Shown here piece after piece: positions 13,601 through 26,290 of a DNA stretch of 64,000 nt. Both the position numbers and the translations under genes were made by a program. Position 1 is the stretch's first letter. Each line of letters starts with the position of its first letter. The notes under the pieces are model-generated. The model saw only the letters and a program-made list of their open reading frames with translations, searched no databases and was not told the origin of the DNA. Source of the stretch: Dysidea avara (Eukaryota); assembly GCF_963678975.1 (NCBI RefSeq), contig NC_089281.1:27793151-27857150 (forward strand), given 5' to 3'.

Positions 13601-14389
13601 TTTCTGGGGAAATGTGGAAGTAGGTACACTTGGCTTAGGACTCTGAAGTGAGGCATCTCTCCTGGTGCCCCCTTATGCTAGAGAGATGTACCTACCAATT
13701 AATTTGCTGTATGGTAGGGATGTACCTACTGATTAATTTGTTGTATAGTAGCTACAGCTGTATGTAGAGGTGGTACTGTACCTTCCTGGTGATCAGGGGT
13801 AAACTTAGACTCATGGTAAACACACAGAATTCTAGATCTTATATTTTTTTTTAAGTTGCAGAACATCAGGATAACTTTACTTTTAAAGAAAAAAATTTGA
13901 CAGAGCAGCAAATGAATATTTTCACCACTCTACTAAGAATTTCTTAGATTAAACAGCCTGAGGCTAACTATAGTACACACTCTTAAACTGTGGAAATTAT
14001 AGAATTTTGCTGCAATATATATTTCACAGGTACAAACGCATTTAAGTATGTTGGAGTTTTTCATTGTATTATTGTTTGCAAAACATAGTTTAGTGTGGGG
14101 TCAATTTCACTCAATAATCACAGAATGAGAACCATGATTTATAGACATTTTTGGCTTAGAATTATGAAGTTGTTTTTTTTTTAAATCAGATATTTAAGCA
14201 TAAAAGTATTTAATGTAAACAAGCACCCAAATGTTGCATCTTAGAAGTGTTGTTTACCCTTGACCAGTGCGATTTTTATGGGAGGAACTCTCATTATTAG
14301 TCAACAACATTCGTTGTGAACACCTTGTGCACTTCTGTGTTTGCCCTTCAGGGCTCAACTAGTAAAGTACATTACTGACCAGGTGTACA

Positions 14390-14880
14390 ACTTATAAATT
14401 TGCTGTATGGTAGGGGTGCACTGCCAACTTGCTGTATGGTAGGGGTGTAACTATTGGCTTGCTGTATCTACCAGCTTGGTGTATGGTAGGGGTGTACCTA
14501 CCGGCGTGCGGTTTGGTATGAGTGTACCTACCGGCTTGCTGTATGGTAGGGGTGTACTTACTGGCTTGCTGTGTACCTACTGGCCTGCTGTATGGTAAGG
14601 GTGTAATTACCAGCTTGCTGTATGGTAGGGGTATACCTACTGGCCTGCTGTATGGTAAGGGTGTAACTACCGACCTGCTGTATGGTAGGAGTGTACCTAC
14701 CGGCTTGCTGTATGGTAGGGGTATACTTACCGGCCTGCTGTATGGTAAGGGTGTAACTACCGACCTGCTGTATGGTAGGAGTGTACCTACCGGCTTGCTG
14801 TATGGTAGGGGTATACTTACCAGCCTGCTGTATGGTAGGGGTGTACCTACTAGCTTGTAGGGGTGTACCTCCAGTGTTGC
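14390..14880. repeat. Minisatellite of ~30-bp units (consensus ttgctgtatggtaggggtgtacctaccggc), about 16 copies. It contains an exact 90-bp (3-unit) higher-order duplication (14642-14731 = 14732-14821).
   Basis: Units are read directly; related degenerate units at 13690-13745. ORF-track entries 14392-14997(-) and 14522-14860(+) are repeat-driven open frames (PLPYSRPVG.. / LLYGRGV..), not genes. Confidence 0.9.
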
Positions 14881-15167
14881 CTGGCAGTTAGGGGCTTGTA
14901 GCAAGCTATACAATTCATGAATAAGTTGGCAGCAACAAATACTGGTGTTCTCTGTCAGCACATACACCAACCTGTTATTTGGGTTATCAAAAATCACAGT
15001 TTAACTTCTGCTGCTGCAAGCTTTAATTTTCTGGTAATAGCTGACTCAACAAATCAGTACAGGAATCCCTGTCTCATTGTTCATTGACACTTGGTAAATC
15101 TGTGGGTACCTCAGGTCTCATCAATTGTATGATTACCCGAGATAATTCCATACCCAACTGGTCCTGG

Positions 15168-15195
15168 CTGTTTGTTTGTTTGTTTGTTTGTTTTA
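15168..15195. repeat. (TTTG)n microsatellite.
   Basis: gtttgtttgtttgtttgtttgtttt. Confidence 0.9.
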
Positions 15196-17764
15196 TTAGC
15201 TACCAGATCAGATGGGTAAATCTTCAGGACTAGTAGGGTATGGCGTCAGGGAGAGGTCTGGCTTTCCACCTTATGGTGTGTAATTAATCAAGCCTCTCCT
15301 GGCTTATCTTGGATGCCATATTCTCTCAAAAGAAATGCCATGAATCACCTATGAGTATTGGACAGTAAATAGGGCTACAGCCACTGATTCCTATATCATG
15401 GGATGTCTACCCTCACTCTGTTTGGAGCAGTGGATATGGGAACTATCAGATCATGGATATCTCAGTTGCTAATTATATCCCAGACAGTAGTCATAAAAGT
15501 TATTTGGATGCACAAGAGTCATCTACCACAAATATTGACTGCAACATATCAAAGCGAAGTGATTGGCTATCTAGCAAGACTTGTGGCACTATAAAGAAGG
15601 CAAAAGTGTTTTGTGGGTGTAATGCCAAAGAGTTGTCTCCTTGAGGATAATACCAGAAAAATGGTAACTGATTGCTGATTTCCTTGTGTGGGAGTATAAT
15701 AACAGAGCTCCTGATAATTTTTTTTTAGCATACTGTCAAACTGTCAGTACAACAAGGATTTTGTCTGGACATAGCAAAAAGTGTACTGATGTACTTCTGA
15801 GTTTTTCAGTGTGCAAACCAGAAGTAGCGTAACAATGTCATAACATAATGTACATAGTGTTTGTAGTCCAAGTAGGAAAACAGGTGCTTTAAGCTATTAA
15901 AGCGAAGTTTCAACATGTTTCATAGCTGACAAGCACAAGTAGGCTGGTGTACAAACCTCAAAAATTGGCTTGAGATAAAGTTTGTGTGGTCACATTAGAT
16001 ATTATGCCTTGGTAAGGCTGTTCTCCAGCAATAAAATAACAGAACTGTCTGATTGTGGAATGTTATTTGAGCAGTGAAAATGGTAGAAGCACAGCTGTCT
16101 TACACACATTGATAAATGACATGGCTATTCTAGTAGCTCCTGGAATCTCTTTTACGTATAGTAAAAGCTGACATTCAAGAAGAACACATTATGATCCCAG
16201 GCTTCCCAGCTCAGTATTCACTAGGTATCGAAACAATCTATATGAACAAGGTTGGCCTTTGCCCTACCCTTATAATGTCTGGCATAGTGTGCTTCTATGG
16301 ATATTAAGCAAAAGGGCTGGACACTATTGATGATTTTTTACTGCAGCTAGTAGCAAGGGACCTGCACACAGCATCAAGGCAAGAACAGAAACTACTGCAT
16401 GTCCACAATCTACAGCCTCCTGGTCTTACTAGACCAGTCACAGTTAAATTAAAGGTGTCCACTACCTGCCTGGCATTTCTAGGGAGCAAGATAGACTTGG
16501 AGTGACTACAGCTACACCAGCCACAGAAGATATTGACATCTTCTCTAACTGTTAACATCTATTTGTAGTTCATCCTTCAATTTCAAAAATAAGTAGTGAG
16601 CCTTGCTTCACAACGTGTATAGCCAGGAAGACAATTACTCTATCCAACATAAGGTTGGCACCCACCCTAAACCCTTAAAGAGACTAAGCATATCAGCAAT
16701 GGCAGACATCCTCATGTGGCACTTTTGTGGAAAGGTGGAACAGTCACTGTTGTGGGATTGAGCATTAGGCACCAGCATATTAATTTTGTGCATAATAGGT
16801 GCCTGAAAGCATCAAGCGTAATGCTAGCATAATAGACAGAAAAATGTTGTCATATTGTAAGCAATAATGCATGCCACAGAAAAAGGTTGACTTACACTAA
16901 TAGAACAGTCGATGCCACTGATATGGCATTAAGTAGTTATCTGACACGACTGTTATATATAGTTAACAATGCAGTCAAATTCTTAATGCACAACGAGTAC
17001 TTTTTTACATTTAGCCAGTTGTTCATAAGCCAAAGTTTATCATTATCCATAGAAAGTAACAAAACATTGGAACTGTGGCAAAAAATTTGAGCATAATTAT
17101 GCACATATTGGGAAAAATTTTTGAGCACTGCAGCATAGCATAATAGGCAAAATTAAAAGCATAATAGGCTAGTGACTATTGAGCATGTTTAAGTGTAACT
17201 TTCAGATGTGTCAGGCTCATGTACATGTAACTTTCCAATGCCCACATTGGTTCCAGCTTTACTGGACCTCCCACAAAAGTCACCTGTCCATTACAGTTAA
17301 TACACTTATTTTAGTGATTATGGAAGGGTTAGGGTCTGGGAAGATGACGCAATTGGCACATGGTTGCAGTGATAAATGTTCTCACTGTAATTCTTCACTG
17401 ACTCACAAATGGTAGAGCTACTTTTACACAGGCAAATGTTTTCATTTATAGCCGTTAACAGTTCTGGGAAGAGATATACAATGGCACTGCATGTGTGTGT
17501 GTGTGTATGTAGGATTAATGCATGAGAAATGTGAATACATTGCATCCCGTTTACGTTAGTTTTGATATTAGAGCACAGTCGATCTAAATTAATGCAATTG
17601 TCCAGTTGCTTTGGTGGGTGAATGGACCGGAGTCATGGTATATTTGGTGGCATGTAATGGCTAGTCTTCTGGAAGACTAGCTTGTATGGGTAAGTTGGCA
17701 TACCACCAAATATAACAGCCAGAGCCTTATCATAGATGTTGGGGTACACATTTACCATGACCCA

Positions 17765-17790
17765 ATCTTGGAGGGTCACGTGATCTCACG
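17765..17790. promoter_or_regulatory. Perfect 20-bp palindrome containing two E-box CACGTG hexamers: gtcacgtgatctcacgtgac.
   Basis: Seen directly in the sequence. It lies next to the 3' end of the decayed LINE at 17900-19010, so it may be a TE terminal structure rather than a host regulatory site. Confidence 0.3.
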
Positions 17791-17899
17791 TGACACAACA
17801 AGAGTCAGGTCTCAAGGCTACAGTGCTCCAGCCCATTCTCCCAATCTTGATGTCTTATTGTATATGGTCACTGGTACACGCTGGTATACAGAGGTACAC

Positions 17900-19010
17900 C
17901 TGGGAACAAGTTAAAAGGGGAAGCACTATTACATGGACTGGACTGGATTCTGGACTGGACTTTTTCTTTAAGTATGATGAGATTTTTCCCCCGGGGTTAC
18001 CAGCTTGCCACCACCCCTAACACTAAAGATGTTTAAAGTGCTAGACAAAAAACTAGAATCAATTTGCAGTCAATGAACTAGAGCCACCTGACACCTGACC
18101 CTAATACAGCCAAACTGGCAAAGCAAACAGGGCACGTTCTTGTTCATGATCAGTTAAGGCTGGAATAAACTGGTGAGACAACTCCTCCTCCAGTGGAATA
18201 AGAAGAACAGATTAGTTGGTGCACATGAAATATGTCACAAAAGCACAGTAACCAGCATGAGGGTGAACCTTTGCAATTTCACTGAGCTGATGAACAGACT
18301 TCAGCCAGTAGTCCATCTTCTCCTTCATGTATTGTGAAAGAACGACTCCCCAATGCTGTACCGAGATTGCGTCTCCCATCTACTGTCACACTGACTCCAG
18401 TTCCATTGAAAACCTTCCGAGTAATAGGAAGGAATTCTAGTCAACCAGGTCTTAGAAGCATTAGGGAAGTAACCATAAGCCGTACCTAAGGACTGGATCT
18501 TAGTCCACCATTCATGTAATCCAGACAAGGAGCCCCCAGCAGTGGTATCATCAGCAAACCGAACCTGACAGATACAAGGAGTATTCAGGGTCTCTATCAG
18601 TGGAGTGACGCTCACAGAATACATTGCTATAGCCAAAGGGTCCCCCTGGGTAGTGCCTTCTGATGAAAGCAGCTGACGGCCATCAATGAAGAGGAGAACA
18701 TCCTTATGATATGTGTTTATAAGTATGGTGGCTAATGGTGGTCAGAAGGATTGCATGTTATGAAGAGCCATCTTGCAATTTAAGCAATTAGAGCATCGAC
18801 AAGCAGGACAGCTTCAGTAGAAGAATCAGAATATATTGATCGCATTGCATGAACAGCTTCACTACCAGCATCCTTCCCACACACAACTGGAGAGATCCAG
18901 CTGTCTCCAGAATCAAGACACACTGTAGTGTGTCATGCGGCTCAAGAAGCTGGTGCACCACACTGTGAGTATATTGACAGGAAGAAAGAAAACGTGATTT
19001 TCACACCTTT
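17900..19010 (-). mobile_element. Decayed non-LTR (LINE-like) retrotransposon fragment encoding reverse-transcriptase motifs. It contains an in-frame stop and a frameshift, and has a (TGGAC)-type microsatellite tail.
   Basis: Minus-strand translation gives ...LLVDALNCLN...EGTTQGDPLAIAMYSVSV...RFADDTTAGGSL...GYFPNASKTWL... (ORF track 18325-18636-). These correspond to RT blocks QGDPLS, FADD and the K(T/S) block. A downstream frame-shifted HPHAGYCAF thumb-like segment follows, and the 3' end carries ctggactggattctggactggac (17920-17950). The 5' ~120 bp matches 7560-7680. Confidence 0.6.
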
Positions 19011-19467
19011 GTAGCTCTGTGATCACTATGATGATAATAATTTTATGCATGTTTTATATATAGCTAACTGCTTCAGTAAACAGCAAAGCAATAATACAAA
19101 TTGATATAACTGATATGTCACCCGCTCAGGAAAGTTTTTTTTCATTTCTGTACCAGGTAGTACATCAAGCACATGTGAGTTACATGTGTTATTTTATGAT
19201 GTAATAAAAGTTCATCATCATTTCTAAGCTTCTTGCTTGTAAGCATGGGTGGATTTACTGATTTTCCAGTTCATGGTGAACACAATAAGCCAAGTTACAA
19301 CTCCATTGCATTGACTGTTGCACTCGTAAATTATTGGTGGTTAAATAAGTGCTTGGTATATATAGTCACTGTATAAATGTACAGTTTTTCTGTTCCTGCT
19401 CTCTACTCCAACATGTAAGGCTGAAACTTTAGCAGCCAATTGATGTTCCCCTCTAGACAAACAAAGA

Positions 19468-19515
19468 TCAGCTGGTCATATAATCAGCTGGTCATATAAT
19501 CAGCTGGTCATATAC
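19468..19515. repeat. 20-bp tandem repeat x2.5 (cagctggtcatataat).
   Basis: cagctggtcatataatcagctggtcatataatcagctggtcatatact. Confidence 0.85.
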
Positions 19516-22500
19516 TGTATGGCAATTAAAGGCAGTAAACACTGAACTAGAAGTCAGTGCAATTTATGTAATGGATATTGGGCCAATGGTCACATGGTAC
19601 TTACCAAATTGACTATTATTGAGAATCAAGGACCAAATTCAAACAGTAAAGTAGTGCTGAGCAATACATCGATTAGTTAGTTAAACCGCAGTATCTGTTT
19701 ACCATCTAATTTCTTAACACTGCAATACCATGGATATTTTTTAAAAATATATCTTTTATACATTGCCAGTATTATTGTGGGTGAAAATTGTACTGTACAG
19801 GAATACATACTTGGTGTGCACATGGTACGTTTGTATGTTCAGTTGAGGTATTTGACATTAAATTTCTGTGTCTGCATTTAATGATAATTTATTTTTCATG
19901 AGTTAGTTCTATATGTGGGTAAGGATTATCATAAGGGTATTCAACACTGGTAAGGACTACTAAGGATGGTAGCACTAGCCTGGCAATGCCTGACCTTTCA
20001 TGTGGATGTTCAATGATATTAGCTCAACAATAAATTCACCAAACCTTCATCTACCAACCCACTTCGGATGCTGATTCACCAAACTTAAGTCACCCCAAAC
20101 TTTCATTGTTTATGGTACATGACTTGTAGTTAAAGAATCCTTTAGCTCTTCAGTTATCATGTGGTCAGTACAAGCACATGCATTCATACTGAGCTTTTTC
20201 AAAGACTATGGTTGTACTGAAAGGCCTCTTTCAATTAGTGCATGATGTTGCTACAACACAAGTCATGTATGCTATGACCCTTACATTCACACAAAGAGTT
20301 TGGTGCATCTACCACCAATAAATATTGCATCTTGTGGTGTAACCATGTGTGTTGGGTGAGGTGATCTGTTAAAGAAGTAGTCTTTTTTGTGATACTAAGG
20401 TTGTGGATGCATGGATGGTGTACATGTCCTGACATAAATATAGGGTGGGGATCAATGCTTGCATTTGTAGTTATTCTGTATATCTGGAAAACAGCCATAA
20501 CATTTGAAAGGCATACTACAAAAAGGCTGTTACTGCTTGGCATGTATTATTTTCAACCACTTGGTTTAGTAATCCCTGCTAGGTGCACTAATCTAGAGGT
20601 CTCACAGTGAGTATTGAAAACCTACCCCTACTGTGCAATTACAGCAGAGGTTGCAAGTGTAGGGATAATTTAACAATGAAACTAACACAGTGGCTTCTTA
20701 GGCTAACCCTGCTGTTATGCATGCCAGTAAGAGTATTATGATATTAGAAGCTCTAATGGATTATGTGTGTTGACGTGAATAATGCATTGAGCACATAATT
20801 ATATTTGATGATGCATTTCATGTAGAAAATAGTTGAAGTCCTCAAGCTAATAAAATTTTGTACAGAATCACACTTTAATATATAATCACACAATGCACAA
20901 TAGTTGTGCTACACAGTTTTACTATTACATTCCATTAATACTTTCAATTAGCAACCAGTCAATTGAATTCTAAAGAAGTGCACAAGTCTATCCATATAAC
21001 TCTCCAATGTCATGATGAAATTTGAACATTGCCTTGCAGTTTTAAAGAAAACCACATTCATATAATCATATAATTGACTAATCATATAATTAATTCATAT
21101 AATGCTGTTTAATTTGCTGATTGTAATTAGCTAGCCCTTCTCATAGCCTGTAAATGTTTACTGATTTTACAAGTGTCATGTGACTGTCCCCGGTGTTATT
21201 GCACCGACTTTCAGTTCAGTAACCACTACCTTTTTTAAAAATAGAAGAACCTGTCCTAATGGCATGCCCATCCACCACACTGTAACTTAAGCTAAGATGT
21301 TCTATTTAAAGTGTTTTGCCTATACCTACATTACAGAACTAGAAAACAGAACCTACAGAACAAAAAGAATAGAAGAGAGAGGTGAAAGGGAGCCCACTAG
21401 GGGAGTAAATTACAAACAGTGGACACCCTAGACTCAGAAATTATAACCAGAGCAGGGAAGGTGGTGCCCAAGCTTGATCTGGAGTCACGAATGTGCATAA
21501 TGGAAGACTTAAGTAGTGCCAAATTCATCACATCACATATTGCAGGTATTGAACATTTCACGATGGATGAGCACATGATGCAATCTGAACACCTGCCTGC
21601 AGATCAGTAGAAACCAACCAGTTAAACTGACAGCTATAGTGGCAGAGCCAGGAAGGTTCAAGGATTAGCTACATGAGACAATGAATAAATTAACTGTATT
21701 TATTTATTTATTAAAGATTTTGCTGCAGTTACAGCGTGTATACATACTTATATAATTACAAAAAGAAAAATGATTATATACTACAGCTGGTATGCTGGTA
21801 CATATAGCTATGGACACACAACTTTAAGCCATGAAATTGGTTTTTGTAATTATATATTTAACCTTCCTCTTATGATAGGTTAGTTGTACTTTTCTCTGTA
21901 TGGGGAGGATGTTATTTAGGTGATGTAATATTTAGGCACACTAAAAAATATTGTGTACCTGTGTGCAGTGGGGATCAATTAGAATATGAAAATCTTTTAA
22001 CATGTGCCAGGTGTACCTTAACACTGCACAAATTTGTAGTGTTAATACTAAAATGTAGTGATAAATGTGCAGTGTTAATAAAAGTAATCAAGGCAATCCA
22101 CACCATAACTGTATATCACTAAGTATGATCACAATCATATACTAAGTCAGATTGTAATTAACTTATTTGTTTCTTTTCTTTTTGAATCCTCCTGGATCAG
22201 CCATACCTAAGCTAGCTGTCTTACCAGTAACTATCTAATCATTACCATATGTTTTGAATCTTGATTCATAATACATATAGCAGGGGGCGGGGACAATAGG
22301 GCTATAGCCCCTGTAAAATGTACAAAAGAGACTTATTAAAAATACTCATTGAACATCAACAACTGTATTACATATTCTCTATGTAACTAAGCAATGGCAG
22401 TACATCTGTATAAGCATTATGGATGATGATATTGTGCACACGAAGCAGATAACAGATTTAACATTGCAAACATGATGTATGTCAACTTAATCATGATGGA

Positions 22501-22869
22501 TGTTACAGTATGAGAATGTAAAATTGGAAACACCATGATACCTTCCATATGACTTAGTCCCACCATGCACATTAGTAACATCCATCTCTACACTAAAGCA
22601 ACTAAGAGTCTCAACTTTCTAAAATGAAATCTGATGAAAAACTGAGAAGTGCTCAACTAGTGTACCCTGCAGGGAGAGAGAATAACGTACATGGATTGAG
22701 TCCAGTCCAAGGGAAGTTTCATCAGCCAGTTCCTTCTAAACAAACTTGGTCCATTTCCCCAGGCCACTGCTAACTGCAACTGTTCACATGATCTTTGTGC
22801 TGCACCTCTACTGTAATCACTCCCTTCACAGTCAGCTGCTTGCCACTGTAGGTTTTCAACTTTACCAGG

Positions 22870-23055
22870 GACTCTTGCAGTGGCGGATCTAGGAATTTAT
22901 AAAGGGGATTTCCAGTTTAGAAGGTGGACATGTACACTGACATGGGTGAGCACGCTCACCATGCATGTGTAGGGGGTCTGGGGGCATGCCCCCCAGGAAA
23001 TTTTTGAAATTTAGATGTTCTGAGACTGCATTTGGAAGCAATTGTAGTGTGAAAT
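22870..23055. repeat. One of about five copies of a dispersed repeat family built around GGGGCATGCCCCCCAGGAAATTTT...GCATTTGGAAGCAATT.
   Basis: Other members: 29735-29830, 39955-40050, 43795-43875, 63925-63990. Shared strings are ggggcatg(c/t)cccccaggaaattt, tttggaagcaatt and ccctttggattttacac.ctacttgaa. The poly-G tract at 45643-45675 (ggggggggggggggggcatgcccccctcccccc) is related. Confidence 0.5.
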
Positions 23056-23599
23056 TATCTGTAAAATAAATATACCAATAAAAACATTTATATAAAGTAT
23101 ATACGTAGCTACATTGTAATTATTGCCATGATCCATCCATCATGTGGTTGTAAGTTATAATATTATACAATGTGACAGTATTAAAATATATAGCTAGCAT
23201 TTAAATGATCCAACATGCAATGAACTAACTGTAGCATAATACATAATTGCATGCATGTGTCTATAAATGGTAGCTTCATTCTGCGAGGGTGTAATTGCTC
23301 AAATGTCTGTACAAGTTCTCCAATTTTATCCTTGTACAGTTTGTCACATGGTTGGCAGTTCATTTTCAGGCAATCTAGTCTTTCCGTTGTCATTGTTGAT
23401 CGATGGGCTGTTTTGATTAGCCTCAGCTGGCTAAAATTCTCACAGGATGTGATAGGAAGTGTTAATGCTATCTGCAAAAGAATGTGGATATTAGGAAAGC
23501 CAGCAGGATCACAGGATTGGTATACATCAATAAGTTTCTTGGGTACATTGTTTTCTACATTTCTTTGTTAACTCAAATGTAATATATACTCAGTAGGGA

Positions 23600-25260
23600 A
23601 CATTAATGGGTGTGGTAAATCATTCTGATAAAAATGTGCAGTTTGCATTAGATCTGATTCAAAACAAAGGTGTCACCATGAAGGTCTCTACCTAACTGAC
23701 AGGCACTAATAAAATATGTTGTGAAATTCTCTTACAGAATTTTCTCTTGATTTCTTAAGAGCTTCTACCACACGATTCACTTCCTTGTATGCATATAAAA
23801 CATCAATGGTTTGCATCTGTAACTTTAAAGTTAATGTTCTAGGGGATGATAATACTTCAAGCAGTATTTTGAAACTTATTTAAAATGAGGAAGATCCAGC
23901 TGATACAAAAACCCATTGGCTTTTGTGATAGTTTCCCCATCCCAATGTCCCTAGTTCTGTAAATTGACTATATTGATGGCTTGCAAGGTCGTATGTACAG
24001 ATGGTAGGAGTTCTAAAATCATCTTGCAGGACCTCGTCAGTCTCTGCTCAAAAGTAAACTAACTCAATGAAATTACCTTGATTGATATTACAATCTTCAA
24101 ATCAAACAATATTGTCATCTCTATGGCCACGAAATGCAATGCCGTGCTTTCCACAAAATAAGACAATTTTAAAGAGATTTCAACACATTCTGGTTTTTTA
24201 TAAACGTTTCTTGCAATCTTTGGTCATGCTGGACATTTATAGCCAAAGCAGAGTTTTGATATTGAATTAAAAATTCATTCATTTGTACCATGACTGTCAT
24301 ATGGTATGCAGACCTAGCATAAGCATTCATTTTTTGTGATTGCACTACCCAATTTTTAAAGGCAAGGAAGTAAATTGACCTGGAGATTGACCAGCTAACT
24401 CGCTTCCTGCAAAGAGTGTGCATGCATGGCAATACACACTATCTATATGATGGCTGTAGTGAATCCATGAATATTTATTCATTCACGTTGGTTGAAACTG
24501 TTGGAAGGACCCATTATTGTAGCAGCGTGTGCGTGGATACAATGAAGCATTTGTATTTGGCTCATGCTTTAAAATATGGTACTTGCTTTCTCTACTTAGC
24601 CTGTGCAAATTAATCCCATCTGCAAGTAACTTACCAATGTCCCATTCATAGAAGAGGCTGAAGCACCAGTTACTCATTGAAGTAAGGCTGTACTAGCTTT
24701 TTCTGCCATGGTAATAATGTTGAGGTTTACTACCATTGTCTATTGCATTCTGATCAGCTACATGTTCTATCAAGTACTTTGCAACATCTAAGTCATCCAT
24801 GCCACTTGCAATGCTGTGCCACCCGTAATATGGTTCATACTGATTGTTTGGTTCACATCAACTTTACACTAAAAATTTGAGAACTTTGAAAGATTACCAC
24901 AGAACAGCACAGTTAATTTGCTAACTTGATTCGACCACAAATATTGACATCAAGCTTCAAGTCTTTGATGGCATTGATAAGCAAGATTTGGCAGGCTTCA
25001 GAGGAATCAGCACCAGAAACTAACCTGAGAAAGTGCAGATCTCCATCCCCATTCAAACAATTAGGATCCATGTCGTATTCATAAACTAATATTTGTGCAA
25101 TTCCAATTTATCTCGCTAAGAAAATGAAGGAAATTATAGGATCACCATCAGCTACTTTAATATGTTTTATAACAGACTTGTCATACTGATTTAGTATGCT
25201 TCTCAGATGATCACTATTTGCATCTCGCGGTTATGTTCTGGAGGCACAAACATCCTTTAT
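23600..25260 (-). pseudogene. Ankyrin-repeat coding remnant (degenerate, interrupted by stops).
   Basis: The minus-strand translation gives YEPYYGWHSIASGMDDLDVAKYLIEHVADQNAIDNGSKPQHYY from about 24860 down to 24725 (compare the ANK consensus G.TALH.AA..GHLDVVKYLIEHGADVNA.D..G.TPLH.A). It gives MDPNCLNGDGDLHFL from about 25040 down to 24985. These pieces are not joined into a clean ORF; ORF-track pieces 24483-24677(-), 24169-24432(-) and 23181-23477(-) overlap the region. Confidence 0.35.
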
Positions 25261-25744
25261 TGCTGAACTGAGTGTTGTATGCATGTGTTCAAGCATTTAG
25301 GTACCGTAGGTAGCCAGTTTATACATCATTATGTAGCTGTAAAAGTATTGTTCACTCAGTAACTAGAAGTTGAGCACTATATACACCAGCACATAATTAA
25401 TGCAAAAACACTGTAGGTACTTCTGAAAGACATGTAGTGGATGATTAAATTGCCACTGTAGAGAATGATGAAATTGTCACTGCAGAGGCCACTGTAGATT
25501 CTGAAGTTATTTACATGAGAGCGATGCCATGTCTGATAGCAGAAATACTGATCAACATGTCACCGACTATGGGGACCACACTATGTTAGAGGTTGTTAAG
25601 ATATCAGAGGGTGATGATGACTCCATGCCTGGTGATAGTGATAATCAGGTGCAGCTGCCACACAATTTGGTAACCTGGATAATCCAGTGCCTATGAGTAT
25701 TACCCTCACCCCAAATTGTAAACGATGATATTCAGGGTTGTGAT

Positions 25745-26290
25745 GTGAACAATGCTCCCACTGTTGAGGATGAAGATGGTACCTCAGTTCAGCACAGCAC
25801 TGTTACTAGCATATGCAGCATAGCTAACGAGAAATCAATTACTTTATTAACTATAGCAAAAGATTTCATGATATGGCAAGTCAGTAAGGAACGCCATTAT
25901 TTTTCAGATTTATGTGGCAAAGGGATTGAATCTTATTATGCTACTGACCTTACCATTAAGAAATTTTCTAAGTTAATGGAAGATGGCTATGCTAATCCTC
26001 GAGGCTACTCCAACCACTACATCACTGATATGGCACCATCTTATTATGCTATTGGGTTGGAGCTTGATATCCGAACTGAAAGTGATTAGGGCTGATTCCA
26101 GTCTGGGTGACCTCAAGGAGAAATGTCGTAAGATATTAGAAGTGTGGCTGACACCTCAGCAAGCTGGAGGAAGTTGTGTGATGCTTTACAAGATCCTGAC
26201 GTGGGATTACGTGTTCTTGCTGAACAGATTAAGAAATCTCTTTATTCTCTTGTGCAACTACTTTGTTCATGTCTTCATGTATGAGCCATT
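25745..26290 (+). pseudogene. Death-domain coding remnant split over three reading frames (two apparent frameshifts at about 26088 and about 26185).
   Basis: Frame 1 (ORF 25745-26089): ...ITDMAPSYYAIGLELDIRTESD*. Frame +1 (ORF 25983-26327): ..LKVIRADSSLGDLKEKCRKILEVWLTPQQAGGS... Frame +2: CDALQDPDVGLRVLAEQIKKSLYSLVQLL. Together these reproduce the helix pattern of a death domain (..LA..LGL....I..I.......L.E....ML..W....G..AT...L..AL...G..D). There are no GT..AG pairs of plausible intron size at the frame switches. Confidence 0.45.

Noticed and set aside
14390-14880. Regular ~30-bp direct repeats that superficially resemble a CRISPR array.
   Set aside because: Units are contiguous with no unique spacers, they vary in sequence, and they sit in eukaryotic intron-containing DNA. 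This is a minisatellite.
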